Translations under genes and position numbers: made by a program
The notes under the pieces: model-generated
Told to the model about the DNA's origin: nothing
Seen by the model: only the letters and a program-made list of their open reading frames with translations
The model's database searches: none
Source of the DNA: Octopus vulgaris
Lineage: Eukaryota
Direction of reading: 5' to 3'
DNA: 64,000 nucleotides
Assembly (NCBI GenBank): GCA_951406725.2
Contig: OX597824.1
Coordinates: 19,840,001 to 19,904,000, forward strand
Part shown: positions 52,488-64,000 of the stretch, one piece after another
Layout of the letters: every line of letters starts with the position of its first letter
Numbering within the stretch: position 1 is the stretch's first letter

Positions 52488-53147
52488 GGTATTTATTCCA
52501 CCTCTACCACCATGGATTGGAACTTTGTATCAGCCACAAACCCAGTTTGTAATATTCAGCAGGTTGCCTCACAGAAACTCCCATTAGTCAACTTCCTGTC
52601 CCAACTATTACTTCTCTGAAAGTACAATTAATATAGAGCTTCTTCAGTTTCCATATCTACCTTCTCCAATTTGTCTTATGTTTCTGGGTCTATCTAGCTC
52701 TTATACTAAAGCTGCTAATCTCTAGTTTATCTTAAGCGGTGTCTTCTACACCAAGGAAAGACTTAACCTTCACAATCAACCATGTCTCGCTTTTCCTGGT
52801 GAGATTAAAATCTATCCGACATGTTTGTCTGCCTGATTTGTCGGTGATCAGGTGGCTGGTTGATTTCATTAAGATTAATGTTGCAAAGGGTTAGGCCACT
52901 TGTGTCACAGAACCATAGGGACCTTGTTCCCTACTCTACTCATTCCTCATACCCACAACCTCCACGTACACCACCTAAGCTATCATGATGTTACTCAACA
53001 TATCTAATAATCTAGCTAGCCATGATAATGAAAACACTGCCATTTGCCTTTGTGTTCTTTTGCCCGTCCTGATTGTGGGGCATATACATAAAAAGAACTT
53101 TCTTGTATTCTTGTCCATGGCCAGTCCATGTTTAATTATTCTCGCAT

Positions 53148-53490
53148 GTTGCCAGAGCGGGCGGCTATCTGGCCTCTGTGCCGGTGGCATATAAAAGACA
53201 TCATTCGAGTATGATCGTTACCAGCATCGCCTTACTGGCACCTGTGCCGGTGGCATGTGTAAAAGATTCGAGCGAGGTTATTGCCAGTATCGCCTGACTG
53301 GCCCCGTGCCGGTGGCATGTAAAAGCACCCACTACACTCTCAGAGTGGTTGGCATTAGGAAGGACATCCAGTTGTAGAAACTGCCAGATCAAGATTGAAG
53401 CCTGGTGCAGCCATCTGGTTCACCAGCCTGCAGTCAAAATCGTCCAACCCATGCTAGCATGGAAAGCGGACGTTAAACGATGATGATGAT
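53148..53490 (+). mobile_element. SINE S3 3' part inserted in the RTE relic
   Basis: Three internal gtgccggtggcat repeats, core and (GAT)n tail. Confidence 0.85.
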
Positions 53491-53845
53491 GCTCTGACTA
53501 CTTCAGTCATACCTTGCCAGATCTCTGCTAACAATCTGCCTACTTCGTCTGTACTATTGCTGTATCGTCCATCTGGAAGAATCTATACCTTTGCTCCTCG
53601 TCTTGGAGACATTTGATTGTGATTCACCTGCAGCTTAACTACTTGTACACAGCCTACACATGACCATCACTCCTGACTTACCTTTTTCCGTTACACCTGT
53701 TCTAATGGGGACAGGCTTAAAGTTTTTGAACCAGACAGGGTGAGGTGTGTTTCTTGTTACGTATGTATGCATGTATCTGCTGGTCTATGTATCTACTTGT
53801 GTGAGTGAGTGTGTGTGTGTGTGTGGGGCGAATGTGTATGCATGA

Positions 53846-54256
53846 GTAGGAGTGGCTGTGTGGTAAGTAGCTTGCTAACCAACCACATGGTTCCGGGTTC
53901 AGTCCCACTGCGTGGCATCTTGGGCAAGTGTCTTCTGCTATAGTCCCGGGCTGACCAAAGCCTTGTGAGTGGATTTGGTAGTCGGAAACTGAAAGAAGCC
54001 TGTCGTATATATGTATATATATGTGTGTGTATGTATGTGTGTGTGTTTGTGTGTCTGTTTCTCTCCCTAGCATTGCTTGACAACCGATGCCGGTGTGTTT
54101 ACGTCCCCGTCACTTAGCGGTTCAGCAAAAAGAGACCGATAGCATAAGTACTGGGCTTACAAATGAATAAGTGCCGGGGTCGATTTGCTCGACTAAAGGC
54201 GGTGGTGCTCCAGCATGGCCGCAGTCAAATGACTGAAACGAGTAAAAGAGTAAAAG
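53846..54256 (+). mobile_element. SINE S1, full length
   Basis: Similarity to other S1 copies. Confidence 0.92.
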
Positions 54257-54521
54257 GGAGAGAGTAAGGAGTATAGTCCTGTGTGTTTGTGTGTGGTGAA
54301 GATATTGGGAGAGAAATCTGAAAGATCAGCAGGAATCAAGCGAAAGTATTTATTTGGCGCTTCTAAGGCCTACCATTTCTGCGAATAGCATATACTACTG
54401 TATCTGTATATCTATGTTTATTATACATGTATACACGCACACACACACACACACACATGTATATTTGTAGTTCATATTATTCACCCCCTTCTGCCATCAC
54501 CACAGCACCCACCCATCCACC

Positions 54522-54569
<48 letters not shown>

Positions 54570-54571
<2 letters not shown>

Positions 54572-54664
54572 ATCCATCTTACCTGGCACCATCTCTCCAG
54601 CTATCTATCACTCACATCATTTATCTTTCTGCAATTCCTCTCCTCTTTCTCTTTTACCTGTCCC

Positions 54665-54714
<50 letters not shown>

Positions 54715-54746
54715 CCCACACCTCTTGTTATCTCTCTAATTAGCCC

Positions 54747-54782
<36 letters not shown>

Positions 54783-54946
54783 CATCTTACCTGGCACCAT
54801 CTCTCCAGCTATCTATCACTCACATCATTTATCTTTCTGCAATTCCTCTCCTCTTTCTCTTTTACCTGTCCCTCTTTCTTTCTCTCTCTCTCTCTCTCTC
54901 TCTCCACCCACACCTCTTGTTATCTCTCTAATTAGCCCATCCTCTC
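54570..54946. repeat. Tandem duplication (~208 bp x2) bounded by (CT)n
   Basis: ccatccatcttacctggcaccatctctccag... at 54570 and 54778. Confidence 0.9.
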
Positions 54947-55250
54947 TCACTCTCTCTCTCTCTCCCCCCTCTCTACTAGTATTACTACCACACCTTTCAC
55001 CCTTTCTCTTGTTACTGTACTCTCTCTCTCTCTCTCTCCATCTGTCCCTATCACTCTAAGAATCCACTACTCATTTCTTCAATTTCTCTCTCTTCATTTC
55101 CCTAACACATACACACACACTTCAGTGTGTGTGTGTGTACCTGTATGCACCTTTCCATGTAGCTCTATATATAATGTACATACATCTTTACATATCAACC
55201 TCTCATTTATCTTTGCTCTATCTACCGTCCTCCTATCTTCTATGATCTAT

Positions 55251-55311
<61 letters not shown>

Positions 55312-55541
55312 ATCTTCTGAATTCTTCTTCCCCCTCTCATGCCAGCTGCTCTCCTTCTTTATCCCCGGTCCATTCCTCTCTCTCTCTCTCTCCCTCCCTC
55401 CCCCCTCTCTCTGTCTGTCTCTCTTTCTCTTTCTCTCTCCCTACTACTCCTTATGTCACCATATATCTACCACTCTGCAGATCTACTTCCTCTAACCACT
55501 CCTCACATTTTCTATTTACCTCTTGTCATTCTGTGAAGGCT

Positions 55542-55575
<34 letters not shown>

Positions 55576-55736
55576 GTTCCCATCGCCACCACCACCACAA
55601 CCGCCGCCACCACCTCCACCATCATTACTTTAGCACTACTACGTACATCTCTGTGCTGAAACATAAGGACATTTAAAATTTTATCAAAATCAATAAACCT
55701 GCTGACATATTTCAGGGCTGCAGGGACTGGGTGTGG

Positions 55737-55772
<36 letters not shown>

Positions 55773-56004
55773 AGGGACCAGCACACAGGAGATGGACAGA
55801 AGAGATGGGTGGAGGGAAGGAGATGGGGTGGTGGTAGTGGCGGTGGCGGTGGTAGTGGGGGGGGTATAGGGTGGTGGTGGAGGGTTCGGCATGTTTCCCT
55901 TTCTTTATTGTTCCCTAACATAGACACATGAAAAATCTGGGAGGTTTTGAAGCAGCGAGCGAAATGTAGGAAGTTGTGGCATTGATGCCTTTATTTTTGT
56001 TAAT

Positions 56005-56035
<31 letters not shown>

Positions 56036-56273
56036 ATGTGTGTGGTCTGATTTTGCTTTTTGCAAAAATCAGAGCAAAAATTGTATCTAGCTGATTACAA
56101 CACATGCATCTGTGTGTGTGTATGTGTGTGTAGATTGATGTTTATGATGTATGTATGTATGTATAAAGAACACAAATGGGGTTTAAATTTAAAATTCAAA
56201 CTCCATTTAATATTCCTCTTATGCCTAGGCTGCTTCTAGAACCGACCCTTAGTTGGATGGATCTATGGTTTAA

Positions 56274-56494
56274 CCCTTTCGTTACCAAACCCGGCTGAAA
56301 CCAGTTCTGTAGTACAAATGTCTTGCTTTCATAAGTTTTGAATTAAAATCTTCCACCACCAAACCTTAGTCACATTTTATGTTCCTAACACCAGCTTAAT
56401 GATAACCAAGTTAATTCTACTAAATTCTTTGTTTATATTTAAAGTAATTGAAAGAAACTCAGAGCATCTCAACAGAAATATGGTAACAAAAGGG
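56274..56494. mobile_element. TTAA MITE family B
   Basis: TTAA at 56270-56273 and 56495-56498; TIR ccctttcgttacca / tggtaacaaaaggg. Confidence 0.88.
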
Positions 56495-56646
56495 TTAAGA
56501 AGGAAAATAATCAGCAGAAGACATAAGTGAAGGAGACCTCAGTGTGGTCACTCTATATGCTAGAAATAACAGCCTAAATTTCCTTCAATCCACACCCTTC
56601 CAACTGCTTCTAATGTGCATCTGTCCAAAAGTAGAGGTGTGTTTAA

Positions 56647-56868
56647 CCCTTTCGGTACCAACACGGCTGAAACCGGCTCTGGCTCTGTAGTACAAATATC
56701 TTGTTTTCTTAAGTTTTGAATCAGCATCTTCCCCCAAACCTTAGTCACAATTTATGTTCCTAACACTAGCTTAATGATAACTAAGTTATTTTACTAAATT
56801 CTTTGTTATAATTAAAATTAGTTGAAAGAAACACAGATCATCTCAAAATAAATACGGTAATGAAAGGG
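56647..56868. mobile_element. TTAA MITE family B
   Basis: TTAA at 56643-56646 and 56869-56872; TIR ccctttc / gaaaggg. Confidence 0.88.
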
Positions 56869-57417
56869 TTAAATTGGATTTGGTACTTACATATCTGCAG
56901 TATACTACCAACAGATAATGCTTCATGGTTCTTTTACCTCACTGTGAACCCTATAACATTGTACCTAGCCAGTTCCTAGATTCTCATGAAGCCTATAATA
57001 TATAAATGTTGGACTTAGGAAAGGTGTAGAGTGGATGTATAACTATACATAAAATAGGAATAGAAGTGCTCAATGCATCTAAAGCATTTTGGTTGCTTCT
57101 AGTTTCTTGCCTTCATTTACTTCTTCTAGTGATAGCTGAGTAAAATGCACAAAAACAAGAAACTCTGAGTAAGATTGAAGTGAATCGGTTTCAGCCTACT
57201 TATTCATCTGCTAAATGTGTCAGCAACTTTATATGCATTCATCATTATTATTTTGAAACAAGGCTGTAAATGAGACTAACATGTTAGAAGAATGTTAATT
57301 ACTCTACCTCCCACAGCATATGTGGTTGTTGGTTATAACTAGACTGTAGGTAGCCATCCATTAGCCTAATTGAAACCACATCCTCTAAAAATGAACTACA
57401 TGCACTTGTGCTACCAA

Positions 57418-57468
<51 letters not shown>

Positions 57469-58437
57469 CACACACACACACACACACACATAATATTCCT
57501 ATTTGTTTATATATATGTAGAATGTGCACAGTTTTGTGTGTATTCATGAATGCAGTATAGATTAAAAGTTGGACTTTAAGTTTAAAAATGAAACTATCAA
57601 AATGCTCAAGATAAATAACAAAAACGTGGGTCACTACTTTTAATTGTACTTGGTGTCTTGTCTAAGTGATCTTTAGAAAATTGATCTGTTTAATATATTT
57701 TTAACCATCGGTCAGTTTCGAATAGGTTAGCTTGTTAAATTAGACACCACAATGCTGTTAAAGTGAGAAACATCGGTGTGTTTTAACAATAGTTTTGGAG
57801 TGGTTCTATTAATTATTATGATAATGTTTGTAACAAGATGATACAAATAATGTTCTTTATGATACGAATAATGTTCTTTAATCCTACATTAGCACCAGTG
57901 AGGTGGTAGTGTGATGAAACACATTTTGCGGTAACTGCCACGTCTTTCTCCCTAGGTACAGTGTACCCGTATACCCATAATCATGTTAGCCAATGTATCC
58001 TTCACAAAAACAGTAGGGTGTGATTTCTGTGGTGTGGCATGGCTGGATGGTTATAAAGTTTATTTGATAATCACAAGGTTCCAGGTTCAGTCCTAATGTG
58101 TAGCATTTTGGGCAAATGTCCCTGGATGACCAGTAGCATTGTATGTGGATTTGATTGACTGAAAATGAAGGGAGCCTCTCCCTCTCAATTTGAAAATGGG
58201 TATTTGTGTTTTAGTGTCATCTCTTGACAAGTGAAATCACTAAATGAGTATCACTGTCATACAAGTGGGTCCATGCAGTGACACCACCTTGAAGAATTTT
58301 AGTTGAATGATTCAAGCCCCCACTAATTACCGTTTTCTTTACAGCCTGGCACTTATTTTGCTGACCTTATTCTATTGACAATTCTTGTTGGGTAGCTAAC
58401 TTTTGGAGACGTAAAAACACCGGTTGTCAAGCAGTGA

Positions 58438-58474
<37 letters not shown>

Positions 58475-58479
58475 CATAT

Positions 58480-58692
58480 ATATAATCAAAATAATCAACG
58501 AGGATATCCAGAGGTAATGCAGTACAAACGTTTCATGCAACTCCATTTAATTGAACAATGCAATCATTTCATCAATTTAAAATGTAGAGAGCAATCTTCA
58601 TTTTAAATTGATGTAATGATTGCATTGTTCAATTAAATGGAGTCGCATGAAACGATCGTACTGGATATCCTTGTTGCTTATTTTGATTATAT
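58480..58692. repeat. Long inverted repeat (~95-105-bp arms, 14-nt spacer) inside an old SINE S1
   Basis: 58480-58584 is the reverse complement of 58599-58692 apart from a few mismatches and one 11-nt indel. Confidence 0.92.
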
Positions 58693-59029
58693 GTATAGGA
58701 TAGGCTTCTTTCAGTTTCCATCTACCAAATCCACTTGATTGAACCCAGAGCCATGTGGTTGCGATGCAAACTTCTTACCACACAGCTATGATGCAAATTT
58801 TTCTAATGTACCAAATTATTACTTTTGAAATGAAATTGAAATGGAAAATGCCATTCTTATATGCATGGGTGAGTCAGAATTTGCGGAGGGTTGACACCCT
58901 TCTTTCACTGACCACCATCTGTTTTCAAACAAAGGTAATAATTCCCCCCATGGCCAGATCAGTTTCCACAGGAAACTAGAAATGAGGGTCTCTGCTTATA
59001 TTGATGGTGACACTTTATAAACTGGTATT

Positions 59030-59332
59030 CGGTGGGGTTGCAGTTGATCCGAGCAATGGAACAGCCTGCACCTGGAATTAACATGCAGGTGGTTGAGTAC
59101 TCCACAGTCATGGATACCTATAGCATAGTTCTTGAGTATATTCTGTCTGGCACAGAATGCGACAAGGCTGGCCCTTTTGAAATACAGGTACTACTCTTAT
59201 TTGCCAGCTGAGTGGAATGAAACAACGTGAAATAAAGTGTCTTGCTCAAGGAAGCAATGAACTACATGGAATTGAACTCCTGGCTTTACAGTTAGGAGCT
59301 GGATACGCTAACCATTAGGCCACATGCTTCCA
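59030..59332 (-). mobile_element. Older tRNA-derived SINE related to S4
   Basis: Head tggaagcatgtggcctaatggttagc on minus strand; 3' half similar to 25600-25760; related fragment at about 48110-48280. Confidence 0.75.
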
Positions 59333-59671
59333 TTTGCTGTATCAAGACGACACACACACACACACACACTAATGTGACAGGCTTCTTTGAGTTTCTGTCT
59401 ACCGATTCTATACACACAAAGAAAGGCTTTCGTTGGCCCAGGACTGTAATAGAAGACACTTGCCCAGATACCACACGGTGGGACTGAACCTGGCACCACA
59501 TGGCGAAGCCGACTTCTTAATCGCAAAACCATATTCTGTGCGATAAAGCATCGTTATCTGTGACTGATGTTCTTAACAAAAACCATATTTAAGTTGTGTT
59601 TTCATTGTATTGACACAAGTGAAAAATAAAGTTTCCAGCACTAATTTTGTTAATGGAACAAAGGCACACAT

Positions 59672-59733
<62 letters not shown>

Positions 59734-60333
59734 TGTGTGTGTGTCTAGTAAATATACAGACAAGCACTTCACAAAACTAGCATCTACTCTATTTTTTTTT
59801 TTTTGTTCCTTTTTTTTCACTGTAAACAGGAAGATAAGTCTTGGAGAACTCTCCCTCCCACACCCCTCTCATACTATTTTGATTTTTTTTTTTGCAATGT
59901 TTTTTGGCTTTTTTTTTTTGTTGTTTTTTGGGTTTTTTTCTACAACTGTAAAAGTGTGAAGTTGATAATAAATCTCATAGGTATCAACATCAAAGGGAGG
60001 TTCCCACCCCACCCATGGCTAACCCTCCTGCTGTTTGTGGTTAGAATGTGTGAATGAGAGAGAGAGAGAGAGAGAGAGAGAGTAAAATCTCTATTTGCGG
60101 ATGCTGTAGAGCTGTCAAAATTCTCTCTGAAATGAGCTATTGTTATATCATAACTGCTACCCCCTTCTGTCTGTCTGTCTGTCTGTCTCTCTCACATGAG
60201 GGTGGGGCGTAGGAGTGGGGGGTAACTAGCACCACAGAAGTGAACAGTTACTGTCTTGTCTCTTCTGGGTAAGGCCACTTCTCTCTGGGTTTTGGTTATG
60301 GCGCTCAGCATATAAGTAAATATCCACTATGGT

Positions 60334-60559
60334 CTTTACTCTCTTTTACGCTTTTTACTTGTTTCAGTCATTTGACTGCGGCCATGCTGGAGCACCGCCT
60401 TTTTAGTCGAGCAAATCGACCCCCAGGACTTATTCTTTGTAAGCCCAGTACTTATTCTATCGGTCTCTTTTGCTGAACCGCTAAGTGACAGGGACGTAAA
60501 CACACCAGCATCGGTTGTCAAGCAATGCTAGAGGGACACACACAGACACACAAACATAT

Positions 60560-60606
<47 letters not shown>

Positions 60607-60772
60607 TACGACAGGCTTCTTTCAGTTTCCATCTACCGAATCCACTCACAAGGCATTGGTCGGCCCGAGGCTATAGCAGAAGACACTTGCCCAAGGTGCC
60701 ACGCAGTGGGACTGAACCTGGAACCATGTGGCTGGTTAGCAAGCTACTTACCACACAGCCACTCCTACGCCT
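60334..60772 (-). mobile_element. SINE S1, full length
   Basis: Similarity to other S1 copies. Confidence 0.92.
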
Positions 60773-61163
60773 GGTTTGGTTTCATTTGGAAAGTCTGTGA
60801 GCAGTGGCTTAGCATCCTTTCCCAAGGGTGCAAGGTTTCTCTTCATCTTGTTTGATGCTACAGGGACCAAAGCGAATCACACATGCACGCACGCACACGC
60901 ATGCCTACGCGCAGAGATAGGCAGGGGCCATGTCTGGACGTCTATGGTTCCTGACATGTGTTAGTGTTTATTCTGGGAGGCCCGAAAGCATGAGGATGTT
61001 AAGCGGACCTCAGTAGGGTATGAACCAAGGAACAGTTGGTCTCTGGTAACAAATCCAAAACCAAAAAGAAAAAGTCTATTGAATTTTAAAAATAAAAATA
61101 AAAAAAACAAAAAAAATTTCCCCCAACCGCCACCCAGATAACTGTAAAATCAATTATTACCTA

Positions 61164-61223
<60 letters not shown>

Positions 61224-61618
61224 TAAAATATACGTGTGTGTATGGAGGAGGGGGGGATTTCTTTCTCCGTTCTTATTTCACTCCTTTCTTCTCTTTTCTT
61301 TCCCCTTCATCCATTTAAATAAACTTCACCAGTTTTGTGTGTGTGTGTGTGTGTGTGTGAGGGAGGAGGGGCGGCGGTGGAATGGCGTAAGGAAGATATT
61401 GAATTAGAATTTTCAAGAAAAACTTGGAATTCTTGTAATACTCATGGTGTTTGCGGTGGCGGTGGAGGCAGTGGTGGTGGTGGTGGCGATGGCGGTATTA
61501 CTGCTGCTGCTGCTGCTGCCGCTGCTGCTGCTGTGGCTGCATTATTATTTTTGCAGAGAAACTTGCCTTCATGCACCAATGCATTTCCTTACAGTTTACT
61601 CCTAATTAAAATTTGTTA

Positions 61619-61666
<48 letters not shown>

Positions 61667-61718
61667 TTTAGATGTTGTTTCATTTTCTTATCCTTCTGAT
61701 ACATTTATGTGCCTGATC

Positions 61719-61719
<1 letters not shown>

Positions 61720-61763
<44 letters not shown>

Positions 61764-61830
61764 TTATTTATATATATATATATAGATAGATAGATATAGA
61801 TATATACAGATATACATACACACATTTATT

Positions 61831-61872
<42 letters not shown>

Positions 61873-61951
61873 CAAACATACGCATAGATATATCTATATA
61901 ATAAATATATATGTGTATATATATATGTATATAGAGATATACATACACACA

Positions 61952-61997
<46 letters not shown>

Positions 61998-62696
61998 CAT
62001 ATAGATATATATATATATATACATATAGATATACATTTATTATATAGATATATCTATGCGTATGTTTGTATATATATATATATATATATATATACAAACA
62101 TACGCATAGATATATATATATATGTGTGTATGTATGTATGTGTATATATGTATGTATGAAGACATGTAGCTTTGTAAGTAAGAGTCTGTGTATGAACATT
62201 TGGTTTGTGTGTGTGTGTGGCGGGTGGGAGTGGGGGGGTGTTGCTGGTGACTTAAAAATTGTGGCATAATTAGAATTCTGGTGTAAAGGTGTCAAAATTT
62301 TAATTAGGAGTCAGCATATGTGTACCATCTTTTGTATGTAGATGTGTGTATATATATGTATATATATATAGATGTATAGATGTACATAGACATCATCTGT
62401 ATGGATGTGAGACGTGTATTCTGTGGCTAGGTGAACGTCACATATGGCTCCCACCTATCCCTCTTTCTCCCCTCCCTCCCTCTCTGTCTCTCTCTCTCTC
62501 TCTATCACCTAACACATGTATATAGACATACCTTTCTCTCTCATGTATGTATATATATATATATATATATATATAGTGTCTGGTATATACAGTCTTATAC
62601 ATATGAATTACGTTTGTATCACTTACATCCTGCATATTTTTACCTTTTCTCATATATACATATATATATACATACATATACATATATATACATATA

Positions 62697-62744
<48 letters not shown>

Positions 62745-62759
62745 CATATATATATATAC

Positions 62760-62846
<87 letters not shown>

Positions 62847-62850
62847 CATA
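61720..62850. repeat. Extensive (TA)n/(TACA)n low-complexity region with inverted duplications
   Basis: Directly visible. Confidence 0.9.
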
Positions 62851-63768
62851 CATGCAGACACACACTTCTAGTTAATGGTCTTAACCATAATCAAGGAATA
62901 GTGTTGTTATATGGTTACTCATTTCTTAGAAATATCTTTGTCTTTTTCTCTTTTTTTCTTTCTTTTTTTCTTTCTTTTTTTCTTTTTCTGATGGAAAACC
63001 TAAAAATTAATGCAAAGAATTATAAAGAAACAACAAAAAAAAAGACATTTCTTTGTGCATGTGTGTGTGTGTGTGAGTGTACGTGTGGAATTTTAAATTA
63101 TTAAAAATGCTACTTTTAAACCCCCCCTCCCCCCTCTGCAACAAAAAAAAACAACAAAAAAACGAATAAAAATGTTGTCCTTAATTAGGTCAAAAGAAAC
63201 AGAAAGCTGAAGATTTCTTCTTCTTCTTCTGCTTCTTCCACAGATGGCTGTGGGCCTTCCTCCGATTTCTTGCTCCGACTTCTGGCAGCCAGCATGTGTG
63301 TGTGTGTGTGCATGCATGTGTGTGTGTGTGTATTCTTTAGATGTCCTCCTAATGAGTATATTACAAAGCTCGGTGAATAGTGGCGGTGTAACGTGGTGGT
63401 ATTGGCGGTGGCGCGATGTGTGTTTCTTGGATTCTTTACCCATTTGTTTCGGTTCCCCACCCTCTTGCCCCCTACTTCATTATTCTCTCTCTCTCTCTTT
63501 CTTTCTCTCTCTCTCTCTCTCTCTCTCTACTCTACCCTGTGTCTGTGCATCTCCAGCATATGTGTGCATATGTATATACATATGTATGCATATGTATATG
63601 TATATACATATGTTCATGTGTGTATATGTATGTATATACATTTGTGTATTAGGTAAATATAGGATTTTTCTTATTAAACATGATGTCTTTAGATATACAA
63701 GCATACACGTTCACATGACTACATACCTTTCGCTGTATATGCATAGAAACAAAAAGTGTATAGAAATA

Positions 63769-63804
<36 letters not shown>

Positions 63805-64000
63805 TGTATGTATATAGGAGCATACATATCAATTTAATATTAATCATAAGAATACCAGTAATGACATGTCTAAATATATAACTAGATGAATATACACACT
63901 CGACCACATAAAATTATTACATTCATATGCATATATATATATATGCATATGAATGTTGCAAATTACTTGTTTGTGTGTGTATACGTATATATATATGTAT

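Larger units (their letters stand above)
51890..53716 (-). pseudogene. Highly decayed RTE-clade LINE: APE endonuclease domain and linker, interrupted by two SINEs
   Basis: Collinear minus-strand motifs: YRFF (~53580), VYAPQSG (~53066-53087), SHLITDKSGRQTCRIDFNLTRK (52792-52857), WRR*IWKLK (~52642-52668), KAWEGYHEGFLNE (~52039-52077); many stops and frameshifts. Confidence 0.75.

Noticed and set aside
54427-55676. 210-aa and 183-aa ORFs
   Set aside because: Stop-free only because of (CT)n-rich duplicated sequence
57180-57212. Minus-strand CAGATGA...GAAACCGATT
   Set aside because: Core mismatch and no stem I; too degenerate to call
7168-60800. Recurrent short ORFs such as YRPRKDERQSRPRRNLNSE and RRHLPKVPRSGTEPGTMWLVSKLL
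   Set aside because: Translations of SINE copies, not a protein family

Overview
AT-rich eukaryotic non-coding DNA (intronic or intergenic) with very dense microsatellites and interspersed repeats. The SINE families and repeat landscape look like an octopus (coleoid cephalopod) genome; this is recognition by eye, not a database result. No host protein-coding gene can be supported: the listed ORFs are translations of microsatellites or SINEs. Supported features are several tRNA-derived SINE families (some with target-site duplications, some dimeric), TTAA-, TA- and 8-bp-TSD MITEs including a three-level nested stack, non-autonomous Helitrons, decayed RTE LINE pieces, a Dong/R4 LINE 3' end inside an (AAT)n tract, and short (TA)n-embedded Penelope-like remnants. 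The most interesting signals are a set of type I hammerhead ribozyme motifs (two with intact catalytic cores about 170 bp apart near 15.0-15.3 kb), a ~100-bp-arm palindrome made of such a motif, zero-length-exon (recursive splice site) signatures at 21344/21345 (+) and 22672/22671 (-), and closely spaced inverted SINE pairs that would form ADAR substrates.
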